Source of the DNA: a virus
Virus record (IMG/VR): IMGVR_UViG_3300045988_115635
Coordinates: 1 to 64,000 of that record
Direction: 5' to 3' (one strand)
Length of the DNA stretch: 64,000 bases
Shown here: piece by piece, positions 8,200 through 17,478 of the stretch
Position numbering within the stretch: position 1 is the first letter of the stretch
Layout of the letters: every line of letters begins with the position of its first letter
The notes under the pieces: generated by a model
The model's database searches: none
What the model was told of the DNA's origin: nothing
What the model saw: only the letters and a program-made list of their open reading frames with translations
Program-made: the position numbers and the translations under genes

Positions 8200-8624
8200 T
8201 AGTCTACGTGAATTTCTTTCATCTCACCGTTGATATTTTTAATTCTAAGACCGCTCACGTGCTCCCAGCCGTCCGTTTCTAAAGAATTAGGAGAGTTAAT
8301 CGCTTTTGAGTAAACTGCCGCCTTAGAAACGCTTAGATTCCTTCTGGCGTATATTTCAACACCTGCGTAAGAACCAACGTAAGCTTCTTCATCTAAAGGA
8401 TTATCACCAATCTGTTCTAATCCTAACATCTGATAAAGCTGCTCTAGTGGTATGACTTTTACAGTATCGTCATACTCATTGCGTCCTACATATTGTACCT
8501 GAACTTCATCATCACCAACTTCAAGCACAATCATTTTTTTATATACGCCGCCTGGCATAAAATACGGGTCTGAAAAATCTTCAGGCAAGAATTCTGCGCC
8601 AGGTTTAATATCATCGTAATTCAA
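8199..8624 (-). CDS. hypothetical protein (141 aa)
   Basis: ORF; overlapping start/stop with neighbours. Confidence 0.55.
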   Translation of the reverse strand: MNYDDIKPGAEFLPEDFSDPYFMPGGVYKKMIVLEVGDDEVQVQYVGRNEYDDTVKVIPLEQLYQMLGLEQIGDNPLDEEAYVGSYAGVEIYARRNLSVSKAAVYSKAINSPNSLETDGWEHVSGLRIKNINGEMKEIHVD

Positions 8625-8821
8625 CGTTTATCACCAGCCAAAAAAGCAAGACTAAATAAAGCAGCAACCATAACAGTTAAACAAGCTTCTACTACACCTT
8701 GTGAAGCTATGATAACAGCTATGATTGCTATAACAATAAAAGAAGGAAACCTAATATCTTTTGTACGCCTTGAATTTTGAGCGATCTTCTTATAACGCTC
8801 GTATGCCTGTTTAGTAGTCAT
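8621..8821 (-). CDS. small membrane protein (66 aa); holin candidate
   Basis: long hydrophobic core FPSFIVIAIIAVIIASQGVVEACLTVMVAALFSLAFLAG with charged ends. Confidence 0.45.
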   Translation of the reverse strand: MTTKQAYERYKKIAQNSRRTKDIRFPSFIVIAIIAVIIASQGVVEACLTVMVAALFSLAFLAGDKR

Positions 8822-8884
8822 TGTAAAAACCTACTTTCTGCCCTGTAAAAAAGCATAAAGAAAAATAGGCGGTTTCGCTAGTTA

Positions 8885-9142
8885 CTAAAGCAGGCTTACT
8901 CTTTTTATAAGTCCGTTTTCTTCTTTGTAAATACCGAACTTATTTACTAATGATTGAATATCCTTGAAGTACATGGTAGGTCCGTCATTCATAGCTACAA
9001 CAATATAGCCATTAGATACTGAAAACACATCAGCTTGAAACTCAAAACCATTTTCAAAGAAATACACCTTGTTGTCATAAGGTATAAAAGTATCGTTACC
9101 TTTCCAAACAAGCGTAGCGTCTAAAATTTCGTATTTAGTCAT
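8885..9142 (-). CDS. hypothetical protein (85 aa)
   Basis: ORF. Confidence 0.5.
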   Translation of the reverse strand: MTKYEILDATLVWKGNDTFIPYDNKVYFFENGFEFQADVFSVSNGYIVVAMNDGPTMYFKDIQSLVNKFGIYKEENGLIKRVSLL

Positions 9143-9339
9143 TGTATTTTCTCCAAGTCTAACCTCGATGTGATTCTTGCCTGTAAGTTTCTTTCATCAA
9201 AGCAATGGTTTACTACTGTAGCTTTGTGCTTCTTGCCATTGAGTACGTATTGAATGGTGTTTCGTTTACGACCAATAACTTCAATGATCTCACCATCAAG
9301 GGTTTTATACTTCTTACCCACTTCAAACTTACTAGCCAT
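9139..9339 (-). CDS. hypothetical protein (66 aa)
   Basis: ORF, overlaps the downstream start by 4 nt. Confidence 0.5.
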   Translation of the reverse strand: MASKFEVGKKYKTLDGEIIEVIGRKRNTIQYVLNGKKHKATVVNHCFDERNLQARITSRLDLEKIQ

Positions 9340-9527
9340 AATTTAACCTCCTTATACAGCAAGGTTAGCATTTGTAAAAATATGTGTAAAGTAAAATGTA
9401 AAAGAAAACTGCACGATGCTTTAGACGTACCAAAGAGAGAGGGAGAAAATAGGCATAAGCACCGTGCAGCTATATTTATTATTTACGATGATTCTGTTTT
9501 TCGATACTGACAAAATAAAAAGGTCCT

Positions 9528-9550
9528 TATAGGACCTTTAAGCATATCCA
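9528..9550. terminator. bidirectional hairpin terminator
   Basis: AAAGGTCCTATAGGACCTTT perfect palindrome flanked by A/T runs. Confidence 0.6.
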
Positions 9551-9619
9551 TACCAACAAACGATATGCGGGGTTACTCCAATTAAAGGGGTCTTAGCATG
9601 TCATCGTAACCCTTCCACC

Positions 9620-9910
9620 CTATAGCTTGTTGTATTTTCTAAACTTATTGCGCTTCTTAAAGCGCCTGTATTTTCTGCTGTAAGTTCTTAGAATTTCGTC
9701 TAACATTAAGCAGTTTGTTTGCTCAACAGTTTCTGGGAGGGTAGTCAGATAAGGGTAATGTTTCTTATCGTCTATCAAAGTTTTAAAGATTAAATCTAGC
9801 GCGAATTGAGCATCTATAGGAGGGTCGCATAGTTCAGACTTATTGCCTTTGTACCAATTATCAATTTGGCTTTGAAACCCTTCAAAAGATATTTCTTCGT
9901 CCCATTCCAT
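9620..9910 (-). CDS. hypothetical protein (96 aa)
   Basis: ORF. Confidence 0.5.
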   Translation of the reverse strand: MEWDEEISFEGFQSQIDNWYKGNKSELCDPPIDAQFALDLIFKTLIDDKKHYPYLTTLPETVEQTNCLMLDEILRTYSRKYRRFKKRNKFRKYNKL

Positions 9911-9918
9911 GACTACCT

Positions 9919-9994
9919 TCTAAAAAAATGGTGCGCCTGGTAGGATTCGAACCTACAACCTTCAGATTAGAAGTCTGCTTCTCTTTCCGTTGAG
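9919..9994 (-). tRNA. tRNA-Arg (anticodon UCU), CCA encoded
   Basis: rc = GCGCCTG-TA-TCTC-AACGGAAA-GAGA-A-GCAGA-CTTCTAA-TCTGA-AGGTT-GTAGG-TTCGAAT-CCTAC-CAGGCGC-A-CCA; 7-bp acceptor stem, GTTCGAAT T-loop, anticodon loop CUUCUAA. Confidence 0.85.
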
Positions 9995-10398
9995 ATACAG
10001 GCGCAAATAATGTAAAGCTTTAACCCTTAACCTTGTCTTTACTGACAGACACCCAATATTGTCTACTAGTCCGTCTTCCCTCGCCCGTTCGCTGGTACTT
10101 TATGCTGTATTTTCCCTGCAAACACTAAGCCCGTGCTCTGTGGTTAACAGCCTATCACGCTGCTCCACGCACGTACTCTTTGCTTTAACAGCAATCAGCA
10201 AAGAGGTGATTAAAGACCCTCCTAACTTTTTGAGCCTATAGAGACAAAGAAAGTAGGAGGGCGAGTTTATACCTTGCGTCCTCCTACTAACGATTAGGAG
10301 GGTTTTTGAACCCAAAAACAATATACGAATTGTAAAACAATTTGTCAATTAAAAATTGAGAAAATGTGATAATCTTTACTTACCAAATAGGAGGAATC

Positions 10399-10947
10399 AT
10401 GAAAGAACTTGATAGCAAACTTATAGAAGACGCTAATATGATTAGCTTTTCTGGTCGTACAGGCGATATGTTTAATGAGGATTATAAAAACGCCTGTAAA
10501 GTCATTGAACAGCTTGGTGATGATAGTTTATACGATGATGCTTATAAACTATTTACTAAAGCCTTAGAAGCAAATGCGTCATGGGTATCACCTATTGTTG
10601 CTGGTCCTTCTAAATACAAACAAAACGATAAAAAGCTAGACCGTATCATTCATATAAACCAAGATATTGCAGATTTTATAGACGAACTTAACGAAAAGTT
10701 AGAAGTTAAGAAAAAGCGTGATGCTGGCGTTAGTGAACACGATGAATTTGTTCAAAAGAAGATAAAAGAAGCTATAGCTACCATTCGCTTTGTTGGTGAT
10801 CTCAATAAACCACTTTGTTATGAAACTATTCTTGAATTAGCTGATATTGATATAGAAGCATTTAAGAAGCTATACAGAACTTATGACAAAGTATACGGAA
10901 TTTCAAAAAGATCAAAGGTATATAAACGATATAAATTAAGCATCTAA
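10399..10947 (+). CDS. hypothetical protein (182 aa); one of only two plus-strand genes outside the shufflon
   Basis: TAGGAGG RBS + ATG (MKELDSKLIED); the track ORF starts at 10366. Confidence 0.55.
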   Translation: MKELDSKLIEDANMISFSGRTGDMFNEDYKNACKVIEQLGDDSLYDDAYKLFTKALEANASWVSPIVAGPSKYKQNDKKLDRIIHINQDIADFIDELNEKLEVKKKRDAGVSEHDEFVQKKIKEAIATIRFVGDLNKPLCYETILELADIDIEAFKKLYRTYDKVYGISKRSKVYKRYKLSI

Positions 10948-11649
10948 TATATCGTTTATACGATCTTCTTCTTGAATAACACCATCGCGTACTAGTTCTT
11001 CTCTAGTACGCCCACGCCCAAGGCGTTTATAATCTTCTTCAATAACTTCAAAGTCAATATCATTAATGGTTGAGGTCTGCTCAATAGGTATATCGGTAAT
11101 ATCTATCTTCATGCCCATTGTTTGTGACCTAGAAACGATTTTTGCGAGTTGTTCGGGGGATACAACACTTTTAACAGCTTCACTAATAACAGCCAAAGCA
11201 GTATAAAAGCCTTGCTTATCACCATCGGCAAGCAAGTCTTTTTCTTTCTGTTGTTCTTGAAACCTTTGCATAGCGTCTATAAGGTTTACCATCTCATTTA
11301 CGTTTTTGGGCTTTAGATACCCTCTAGCAACGTCCATAGCACCTTGAATAAACATTGTTTGAAGCATTGATTCAGCGGTAATTCTAGGTGTTTCACCATC
11401 TTCATTTACAACACCTTTCATGATGATACCAGTCTCTACAGCCGTTTCTTTTAGCTTGTGGTTTCTCATGTGGTTTTTGATAGTGTCTACATGAAAATGA
11501 GTTTTAAATGTTCGGTTTACTTTTTTGGTAAGTTCGGTCCAAGGTAATGCAGCACCAACGATGCATTGCATCTCTATAGCATCACGTTCAGGGTGATTGC
11601 ATATAGAACAGCGTGTTCTTTTTTCTTTTTTCTTCTTAGTCATAACCAA
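10936..11649 (-). CDS. zinc-ribbon protein (237 aa), possible DNA-binding regulator or small terminase-like
   Basis: N-terminal RCSICNHPERDAIE Cys/His motif, acidic C-terminus. Confidence 0.5.
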   Translation of the reverse strand: MVMTKKKKEKRTRCSICNHPERDAIEMQCIVGAALPWTELTKKVNRTFKTHFHVDTIKNHMRNHKLKETAVETGIIMKGVVNEDGETPRITAESMLQTMFIQGAMDVARGYLKPKNVNEMVNLIDAMQRFQEQQKEKDLLADGDKQGFYTALAVISEAVKSVVSPEQLAKIVSRSQTMGMKIDITDIPIEQTSTINDIDFEVIEEDYKRLGRGRTREELVRDGVIQEEDRINDILDA

Positions 11650-11685
11650 ACTCCAAATAAAAAGGGTAGTTGCCTACCCTTCATT

Positions 11686-12108
11686 TTAGCCGAATTCAAG
11701 TTTAAACATATCTAAGAGCGAATTGTTATCATAAGTAAACCCGTACAAGCATTGCAGCAAGTTTAGATGAAATACTCTTATCATTCGCTCGTAATCTTGC
11801 TCGTAGTTATTCTCAAATAAGAATTCTACATTACAACCTACTGTTGCTTCATTTTCATCTGGTTTTTCTATTTTATGCTCTTTAGCAAAGGTTTCAACGC
11901 TACTAATTTTGTCACCTTTTACAACTACACTTAATGTCGCTACCAAAAATGGTTCTACGCCGTCAACCTCATTTATAAATTGCAAAAGTTCAGCATCAAC
12001 CTTTTTCACATAGCAGTGATCTCTTTCTAGTGACAGAAAAGAGCCTACCCTACCCATAAGATCATCGGCTATCAGTGGTAGTTGTTTTTCTATAAATGCT
12101 TTGTCCAT
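11686..12108 (-). CDS. hypothetical protein (140 aa)
   Basis: ORF. Confidence 0.5.
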   Translation of the reverse strand: MDKAFIEKQLPLIADDLMGRVGSFLSLERDHCYVKKVDAELLQFINEVDGVEPFLVATLSVVVKGDKISSVETFAKEHKIEKPDENEATVGCNVEFLFENNYEQDYERMIRVFHLNLLQCLYGFTYDNNSLLDMFKLEFG

Positions 12109-13115
12109 ACTCTCTCTATTCTCTCACCAATCCATCTAATGACAGGTACTGCCATAGAGTTACCTAACGCCTTGTAACGCCTTGAATCTGATGCTGGCTT
12201 ACCTTTATAGGGAATTTGCGTATACCCGTCTGAAAAGCCCTGTAAACGCTCGCATTCGGTAGGAGTTAAGTATCTTACTGTATCTTCTTGCAAAACTACA
12301 GGACTAGAACCACCAACTTTTAACGCACCGCAAAGTTCTTCGTTGCAAGAAGCTTTAGAGGTTAAATCAGCTAGACAAATAACAGCGTGTCTATCAGTAG
12401 CAGTAACAGTAAACGCACCATCAATTTCAGGGTTTCTCACACCTGTATGATGTCCGCCATTTTCTAGCTTTCTACCTATGATATTGCCTGCTATCTCATA
12501 GCAGCTTTCTCTAAGGCTCGTTCCATTCTTATTGGCAATTTCCTTCCTCGCGTCCTTACTCTCTTTAACACCCCCCCCACACTCTTCGGGGTCAAACAAT
12601 ACTTCTGCGCTGGTTGTGTCTCCAAGGCTTCCGACAAGGTAGATACGCTTGCGTCTCTGGGGTAATCCGAAAAATTGCGCATCCAATACTCGCCACGATA
12701 AGCAATACCCGCTTTCTTCCAACCCCCTAAGCAATTGTCCGAAAGCATTCCCGTGTTCGACCGATAACGCCCCTGGGACGTTTTCCCAGATGAGAAACTT
12801 AGGCAAGATTTCGTGAATACATCGAATGTATTCGAACATAAGCCCTGATTCTCCTTTAAGCCCTTCTCGCTTTCCTGCATATGAGAATGACTGGCAAGGT
12901 GTTCCTCCGATAACGATGTCTGTTTTTCCACGGTATTTGCTCCAATCAATTTGGGTTGTATCACCTAAGTTAGGTACGTTTGGATAGTGATATTTAAGTA
13001 ATTCACAGCAGTAATCATCAATTTCAGAAAATGCTACAGGCTCCCAACCCAAAGGCTTGAAAGCTACTGTAGCTGCTTCTATACCACTAAAAGTAGAGAT
13101 GTATTTTAGGTTCAT
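12090..13115 (-). CDS. DNA (cytosine-5)-methyltransferase
   Basis: motif I FSGIEA, motif IV GGTPCQSFS, ENVPG motif. Confidence 0.85.
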   Translation of the reverse strand: MNLKYISTFSGIEAATVAFKPLGWEPVAFSEIDDYCCELLKYHYPNVPNLGDTTQIDWSKYRGKTDIVIGGTPCQSFSYAGKREGLKGESGLMFEYIRCIHEILPKFLIWENVPGALSVEHGNAFGQLLRGLEESGYCLSWRVLDAQFFGLPQRRKRIYLVGSLGDTTSAEVLFDPEECGGGVKESKDARKEIANKNGTSLRESCYEIAGNIIGRKLENGGHHTGVRNPEIDGAFTVTATDRHAVICLADLTSKASCNEELCGALKVGGSSPVVLQEDTVRYLTPTECERLQGFSDGYTQIPYKGKPASDSRRYKALGNSMAVPVIRWIGERIERVWTKHL

Positions 13116-13372
13116 TTCGTAAATCCAATTTCTTTTTCTTTTAACTTTCTTATAAAGCTGTTGATTTCGATATTATACGAATTCATACCGTTGATTTCAT
13201 AAAGGACAACATTTACCTTACCGTCAACCTCATAACAATGTACAAAAGAACATTCCTTACCATAGATAAGGAAAACAGAATTTTTATAGTCACAGATTTT
13301 GGAGAGTTCTTCTAACGCTTCATTTGCATTATCGAACGAACCTCGTTTGTTTAATTCCTTCAATGATTTCAT
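13112..13372 (-). CDS. hypothetical protein (86 aa)
   Basis: ORF. Confidence 0.5.
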   Translation of the reverse strand: MKSLKELNKRGSFDNANEALEELSKICDYKNSVFLIYGKECSFVHCYEVDGKVNVVLYEINGMNSYNIEINSFIRKLKEKEIGFTK

Positions 13373-13410
13373 TGTTAACCCTTCTTATAAAAGGGGTGTA
13401 TTTACACCCC

Positions 13411-13926
13411 TTATAGATTCTTTTTCATATAAGCTACCCTAGTACCAGTTGACACACCAGAGCTATAAACAATATCAAATACAATCATGTTTTGGGCGTG
13501 AACGATCTTTAAGAAGCCACCCATAGCTTTAGATAACTTAGATGCGTTTTCCATATAAACAGGGTCGTAAACGCCTGGCTCAAAGGTTTCTTCTTCACGG
13601 TAGGTAAGATTCTTTAGAGAATCATGAGAAAGATACCTACCTTCTTTAAAATCATGTTCAATAACCCACTTACCAATCTTGCAGCAGGTATCAGTGATCT
13701 CAATGTTATCTGCACCCTTGATACGATTAAAAATATCAGCGTCTAAAGAAAATGGCTTATCACCAAGTTCTTCATAGTTGGCTTCGATAGTAACCAACTG
13801 GTATGAATCCGTAGCAACAAGAAAACCGCTGCCGTCATAGAAAACGGTACTTAGCTTGTCGTCTGGGAAAGTATTCTTCTTAACAAAAGATTTGAGTGCT
13901 GAAAGAGTTTTGCCTGTAATTAACAT
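13411..13926 (-). CDS. hypothetical protein (171 aa)
   Basis: ORF with AGGAGG RBS, preceded by the conserved promoter element. Confidence 0.55.
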   Translation of the reverse strand: MLITGKTLSALKSFVKKNTFPDDKLSTVFYDGSGFLVATDSYQLVTIEANYEELGDKPFSLDADIFNRIKGADNIEITDTCCKIGKWVIEHDFKEGRYLSHDSLKNLTYREEETFEPGVYDPVYMENASKLSKAMGGFLKIVHAQNMIVFDIVYSSGVSTGTRVAYMKKNL

Positions 13927-13955
13927 AATGACCTCCTAAAAAGTTGATGAATTCA

Positions 13956-13989
13956 GTATAGCATATTTTCTTAATTTTTCTTTTACATT
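13956..13989 (-). promoter_or_regulatory. conserved promoter-like element (minus strand AATGTAAAAGAAAAATTAAGAAAATATGCTATACT)
   Basis: near-identical copies upstream of the genes starting at 18068, 26447 and 47267. Confidence 0.5.
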
Positions 13990-14020
13990 TTAAGAATAAA
14001 AAAAAGAACGGGTGATATTC
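13990..14020 (-). terminator. rho-independent terminator (minus strand)
   Basis: GAACGGGTGA-tatt-TCACCCATTC hairpin followed on the minus strand by T8. Confidence 0.6.
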
Positions 14021-14247
14021 ACCCATTCTTATCTTCTAATACGACTTCTATTCAGTTTTACAGTAAGTCGATAGTTTTTGACTTCTGATCTTCGATCTCT
14101 TCTTTTAATCTTTCGTTGCGTGCCAGAAGCAAACAAATAATGGCTAAAGAAAATAAGAACAACATTAGTAAAACAATCGAAAAATTAAAGAAGAACGAAT
14201 CCATTTATACCCCTGTAAAACGATATTTTGTTGTCAAAAAGTTTATA

Positions 14248-14988
14248 TCACATTTTACCTAAGCATTTATCGCAAGTTCGCTGATTTTTAAATCTAGGCT
14301 TAAACATGTTTCCACATACCTTACATTTGCGTTCACTCTTTTGCAATTCAGATACTTTTAGTTTTAGATCCGCCCAGGTTTTTACCTGGTCTATATTTTC
14401 GGCGTTGTATTCTCCACCCCTGTGAGCCAAGTTATTCATAAGAAGTAATTCGCTTCTTGATACCAAAAGCAAATTGTCAGGGTGAAAATTAAACACATCT
14501 CTGTCTTTGAAAATCACAACATGATTTTCAGGTACTTCTTTATGATGTGCTCTTTGCCATATGTAAGCAGCCTTACTAATAAAACTTTTATTAGCATTTT
14601 TTTTAATTTGTTCGTTTACTTTTACTTGTATAACTCCTTCTTTAGACAGTCTTTCATAACCAATATACTGTGTGTTTTTTGGCTTGTACCCCTTCTTGAA
14701 AAGATTCTTTTGTATGTTTTCAAGTTGTTCCTCGCCGTAATACTTTTTCATTTCTTCATAAGGCATATTTTTATTCCAAGGTGTAAAACCCTTTTTGAAG
14801 CGTCCACCATTTACACCATTTTTTAAATGCAGTGTTACTTTTCTATTTGCTAACATTGCATCGGTTATCCTAACGCCAAATTTTTCATAGAAGAGTTCTA
14901 TAACTTCTTTGTTTGGTCGACCAGGAACAACTTCTTTTAAGAATTCATCGTATTCAGGGTGTTCAAACCATTTCACCCTACTAGCCAT
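14248..14988 (-). CDS. HNH homing-type endonuclease
   Basis: QRAHHKEVPENHVVIFKDRDVFNFHPDNLLLVSRSE HNH motif plus C-terminal CxxC..CxxC. Confidence 0.7.
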   Translation of the reverse strand: MASRVKWFEHPEYDEFLKEVVPGRPNKEVIELFYEKFGVRITDAMLANRKVTLHLKNGVNGGRFKKGFTPWNKNMPYEEMKKYYGEEQLENIQKNLFKKGYKPKNTQYIGYERLSKEGVIQVKVNEQIKKNANKSFISKAAYIWQRAHHKEVPENHVVIFKDRDVFNFHPDNLLLVSRSELLLMNNLAHRGGEYNAENIDQVKTWADLKLKVSELQKSERKCKVCGNMFKPRFKNQRTCDKCLGKM

Positions 14989-15326
14989 TAGTTAGCAGTC
15001 CAAATCAGATAATCATTCTCAACAGAGATTTCAAATGATTTAATTCCATACTCTTTGGCTACAGCGTGCTCAATCCTACAACCCCGCGCTTTGTACCAGT
15101 CAGTATCAAATACCGCGATGTCAGCTTCTGCAATCTTAATAATAGATTCGCCCAAGCAGTAGATACTTTTGTTCTTAGTTTCAAGTGATTCAAAATCAGA
15201 AACGTAAGTATCAATGATTTCAGCATCAGGGAATTTAGCAAGAATGATATTAGTAATACGTTCAGTGTTTTGTTTGATTTCTTCTGGCGTTTTGCCATTC
15301 ATCATCTGAGAAATAAAAGCCTTCAC
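14988..15326 (-). CDS. hypothetical protein (112 aa), possibly nucleoside 2-deoxyribosyltransferase-like (DUF4406-type)
   Basis: AEADIAVFDTDWYKARGCRIEHAVAKEYGI resembles that fold; weak. Confidence 0.35.
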   Translation of the reverse strand: MKAFISQMMNGKTPEEIKQNTERITNIILAKFPDAEIIDTYVSDFESLETKNKSIYCLGESIIKIAEADIAVFDTDWYKARGCRIEHAVAKEYGIKSFEISVENDYLIWTAN

Positions 15327-15817
15327 TATTTTACCCCCGTAGAACCGTAGCCGTTTTCTCCACGTTCGCTATCGGATAGTTCATCTACCTCATGAAAATT
15401 AGGCGTAACATATTCCATAAATACAATTTGAGCGATTCTGTCCCCAACCTCATAAGTAAACGGCTCTGTGCCAAAGTTTCCTAATACAACCCAAATTTTA
15501 CCGCGATAATTAGCGTCAATAGTGCCTGTAAGCACAAAAATACCTTTCTTAGAAGCTAAGCCGCTCCTAGACTGAATATGACCGTACAGATGACTTGGTA
15601 TCTCCATAGCTATACCAGTTGGGATCATCTTAAATTCACCTGGTAAAATTTCACCTTGTTCAGATGCTTTAAGATCAGAACCAGCATCATAAAAATGCTT
15701 TCGTTCTGGTAAAGAACCATTTTCATATGTTTTTACACGAATATTGGCTTTAATGACGTTTTTTATTTCGCTAGTTTTCATTATCAAATCTTTTAATTCG
15801 ATAGTTTTCATTATCAA
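15326..15817 (-). CDS. dut: dUTP diphosphatase (trimeric dUTPase)
   Basis: motifs YDAGSDL, IQSRSGLA, GTIDANYRGKIWVVL, GDRIAQIVF; the start region carries an 18-bp tandem duplication that gives two candidate ATGs. Confidence 0.9.
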   Translation of the reverse strand: MIMKTIELKDLIMKTSEIKNVIKANIRVKTYENGSLPERKHFYDAGSDLKASEQGEILPGEFKMIPTGIAMEIPSHLYGHIQSRSGLASKKGIFVLTGTIDANYRGKIWVVLGNFGTEPFTYEVGDRIAQIVFMEYVTPNFHEVDELSDSERGENGYGSTGVK

Positions 15818-16103
15818 ATCCTTCGTATACTTCTATTGGAGCAACAACAGTTTCAATTTCACCATCTACAATCTTAACATTGCAGTTAGGACAAGCTAAA
15901 TTTAATTCGTTAAAACTGTGCGCTATGTCTAGCTGCTCAACAATTTCAGGCGGTAATTCCTCACGACAGTACCCACAAAGCCATATAGCGTATTCGTCTA
16001 AATAGCCATCATTTTGCACTGCTCCAACGACAAAGACAGGCGTTGCTTTAATCATTTTACCCCTTCTTTCTAAAATCTCGATTATTTTATTGAGATAGAA
16101 CAA
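15771..16103 (-). CDS. zinc-ribbon protein (true start probably MIKATPVF, ~95 aa)
   Basis: CGYC...CPNC; overlaps the dUTPase start by ~47 nt. Confidence 0.5.
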   Translation of the reverse strand: MFYLNKIIEILERRGKMIKATPVFVVGAVQNDGYLDEYAIWLCGYCREELPPEIVEQLDIAHSFNELNLACPNCNVKIVDGEIETVVAPIEVYEGFDNENYRIKRFDNEN

Positions 16104-16135
16104 ATGTTCTAGTTCAATTATTTTATTGAGGTTTA
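16085..16135. promoter_or_regulatory. Cheo-box-like dyad AGAACAAATGTTCT (~16098-16109) with TTATTGAG arms
   Basis: same composite motif as 4819, 25145, 26534, 37805 and 47349. Confidence 0.5.
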
Positions 16136-16140
16136 TTCTA

Positions 16141-16503
16141 CTAAGAATTTAAAAGTTCTTTTGCAGCTTCTTCTTGCGCTTCTTTAATAAGGTTTCGCTT
16201 AATAGAACGCTTAACAATTTTATCAGCAGCAATCTCTAAAATCTCGTCAAGGTGATCATCGAAGAATTTAGATATTTCGTCACTGACGAACTTTTTCATA
16301 TCTACAACCTCAACATCTTCATAAAAGGGATACCCGTAAATATCGTTTTGATTGTTCTTGGGTACTTTTTCGATCTTATGAGGAAAAGCTTTCAAGGCTT
16401 TTTCTACAAGTATGTTTTTAACTTCTTCTTTAGCTTGCTTTTCAATATATTCCTCAATCATCTTTTCAGAAAATGGTACGTTTATTGTAATTGGTACATT
16501 CAT
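16141..16503 (-). CDS. hypothetical protein (120 aa)
   Basis: ORF. Confidence 0.5.
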   Translation of the reverse strand: MNVPITINVPFSEKMIEEYIEKQAKEEVKNILVEKALKAFPHKIEKVPKNNQNDIYGYPFYEDVEVVDMKKFVSDEISKFFDDHLDEILEIAADKIVKRSIKRNLIKEAQEEAAKELLNS

Positions 16504-16506
16504 TGT

Positions 16507-16962
16507 TTAATCCTTATCAAAAACACCATATTTGTCGTTTATCACAATATCTCCTGTACAGTTTGTCGCAATTGTGTCTGGTCTATCAAGATTACCTGTA
16601 CAGTTATTTGCGGTTGTATCTTGTTCGACAAAGTTGTGAGCATAAATGCTGTATGAAAGTTGAAAGTCGTTATTTGCCATTGCAAAAACTTCTTGTAAAC
16701 AGTTAGCCATGCCATTAATGCCGTACATAACAGTATTTTCTAAGATTTCATCACCTGCATTTGGAGACTTGTCTTTACGCTTTCTCATTTTAGATTCGTA
16801 CTTTTGAAGCTTAAGAATAAGTTGTTCATACGCTTCACCAATTTCTAAAGCAAGCACAATAGCTTTCTGTTCTTCTTTAGAAAAGGTAGTAGAGTTGCCT
16901 AAGAACCTCTTAATAGAACGACCAATAACATTTTCTTCTTGGTTAGTTTCTTTATTTTTCAT
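16507..16962 (-). CDS. hypothetical protein (151 aa)
   Basis: ORF. Confidence 0.5.
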   Translation of the reverse strand: MKNKETNQEENVIGRSIKRFLGNSTTFSKEEQKAIVLALEIGEAYEQLILKLQKYESKMRKRKDKSPNAGDEILENTVMYGINGMANCLQEVFAMANNDFQLSYSIYAHNFVEQDTTANNCTGNLDRPDTIATNCTGDIVINDKYGVFDKD

Positions 16963-17245
16963 CGCATTTAACCTCGTCTAGTTTTCCTGATAAATACATT
17001 TGCATAGCAGCCATAGCTATTCTTGAAACATGAAAATACCAATCATCAAAATCTCTTTTACCCCCTTTTTCGACACCTTTCATTTGAGTTAGCATTTCAC
17101 GCAAAGCATCAAGATCATCTTTCATGCTTTCTTTGCAAGATTCTGTAAATTTCCAATCATTACTAAATTGGAACATTTGAAAAGTAGTAGCACTAGAATC
17201 TAGTGCTACTTGCGCCTTATTCATACTTTTCTCCTTTAGCATCAA
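16952..17245 (-). CDS. hypothetical protein (97 aa)
   Basis: ORF. Confidence 0.5.
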   Translation of the reverse strand: MMLKEKSMNKAQVALDSSATTFQMFQFSNDWKFTESCKESMKDDLDALREMLTQMKGVEKGGKRDFDDWYFHVSRIAMAAMQMYLSGKLDEVKCDEK

Positions 17246-17478
17246 TAATTGTTGGTTTTTTCGGAATAAGCATTAATCACTTTTTCAAGAACAAGTTCAG
17301 TCTCATCACCTTTGGAGTAATAAACCCTCACAAGCGTTTTCTTTTCATTCCTAATAGGGATAAGCGACACACGAACACTATCAGCTTCATACATACGCTT
17401 AATGACTTCACTCAACGTAAAGATTTCAGTATAATCATCAATGATTGCGCGTTCTGCTGCATTCTTGGGTTCTAACAT
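17242..17478 (-). CDS. hypothetical protein (78 aa)
   Basis: ORF. Confidence 0.5.
   Translation of the reverse strand: MLEPKNAAERAIIDDYTEIFTLSEVIKRMYEADSVRVSLIPIRNEKKTLVRVYYSKGDETELVLEKVINAYSEKTNNY

Noticed and set aside
10059-10348. ORFs 10059-10241 (+) and 10100-10348 (-) in the region next to the tRNA
   Set aside because: No RBS, mutually overlapping, and the region is better explained as structured non-coding DNA.
9995-10365. A second tRNA or tmRNA in the non-coding region beside tRNA-Arg
   Set aside because: No acceptor-stem/T-arm cloverleaf could be folded by eye; left as unclassified structured non-coding DNA.
12491-12964. ORF 12491-12964 (-), and similarly 15059-15298, 3081-3266, 3988-4197, 4373-4792, 5410-5595, 14482-14826, 16252-16706, 17203-17475, 17445-17734, 17849-18031, 18624-18920, 19624-19923, 23822-24038, 24185-24394, 25250-25504, 29981-30169, 31642-31926, 32022-32611, 33182-33499, 37971-38297, 38691-38930, 39579-39773, 40641-40826, 43647-44153, 44406-44747, 46768-46992, 47417-47656, 49044-49226, 50074-50283, 51004-51249, 52700-52894, 53811-54201, 56865-57238, 58471-58662, 59472-59843, 60119-61174, 61250-61708, 63328-63528
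   Set aside because: These are embedded in, or antisense to, much longer, well-supported genes. They lack RBSs and show atypical composition, so they are treated as spurious.
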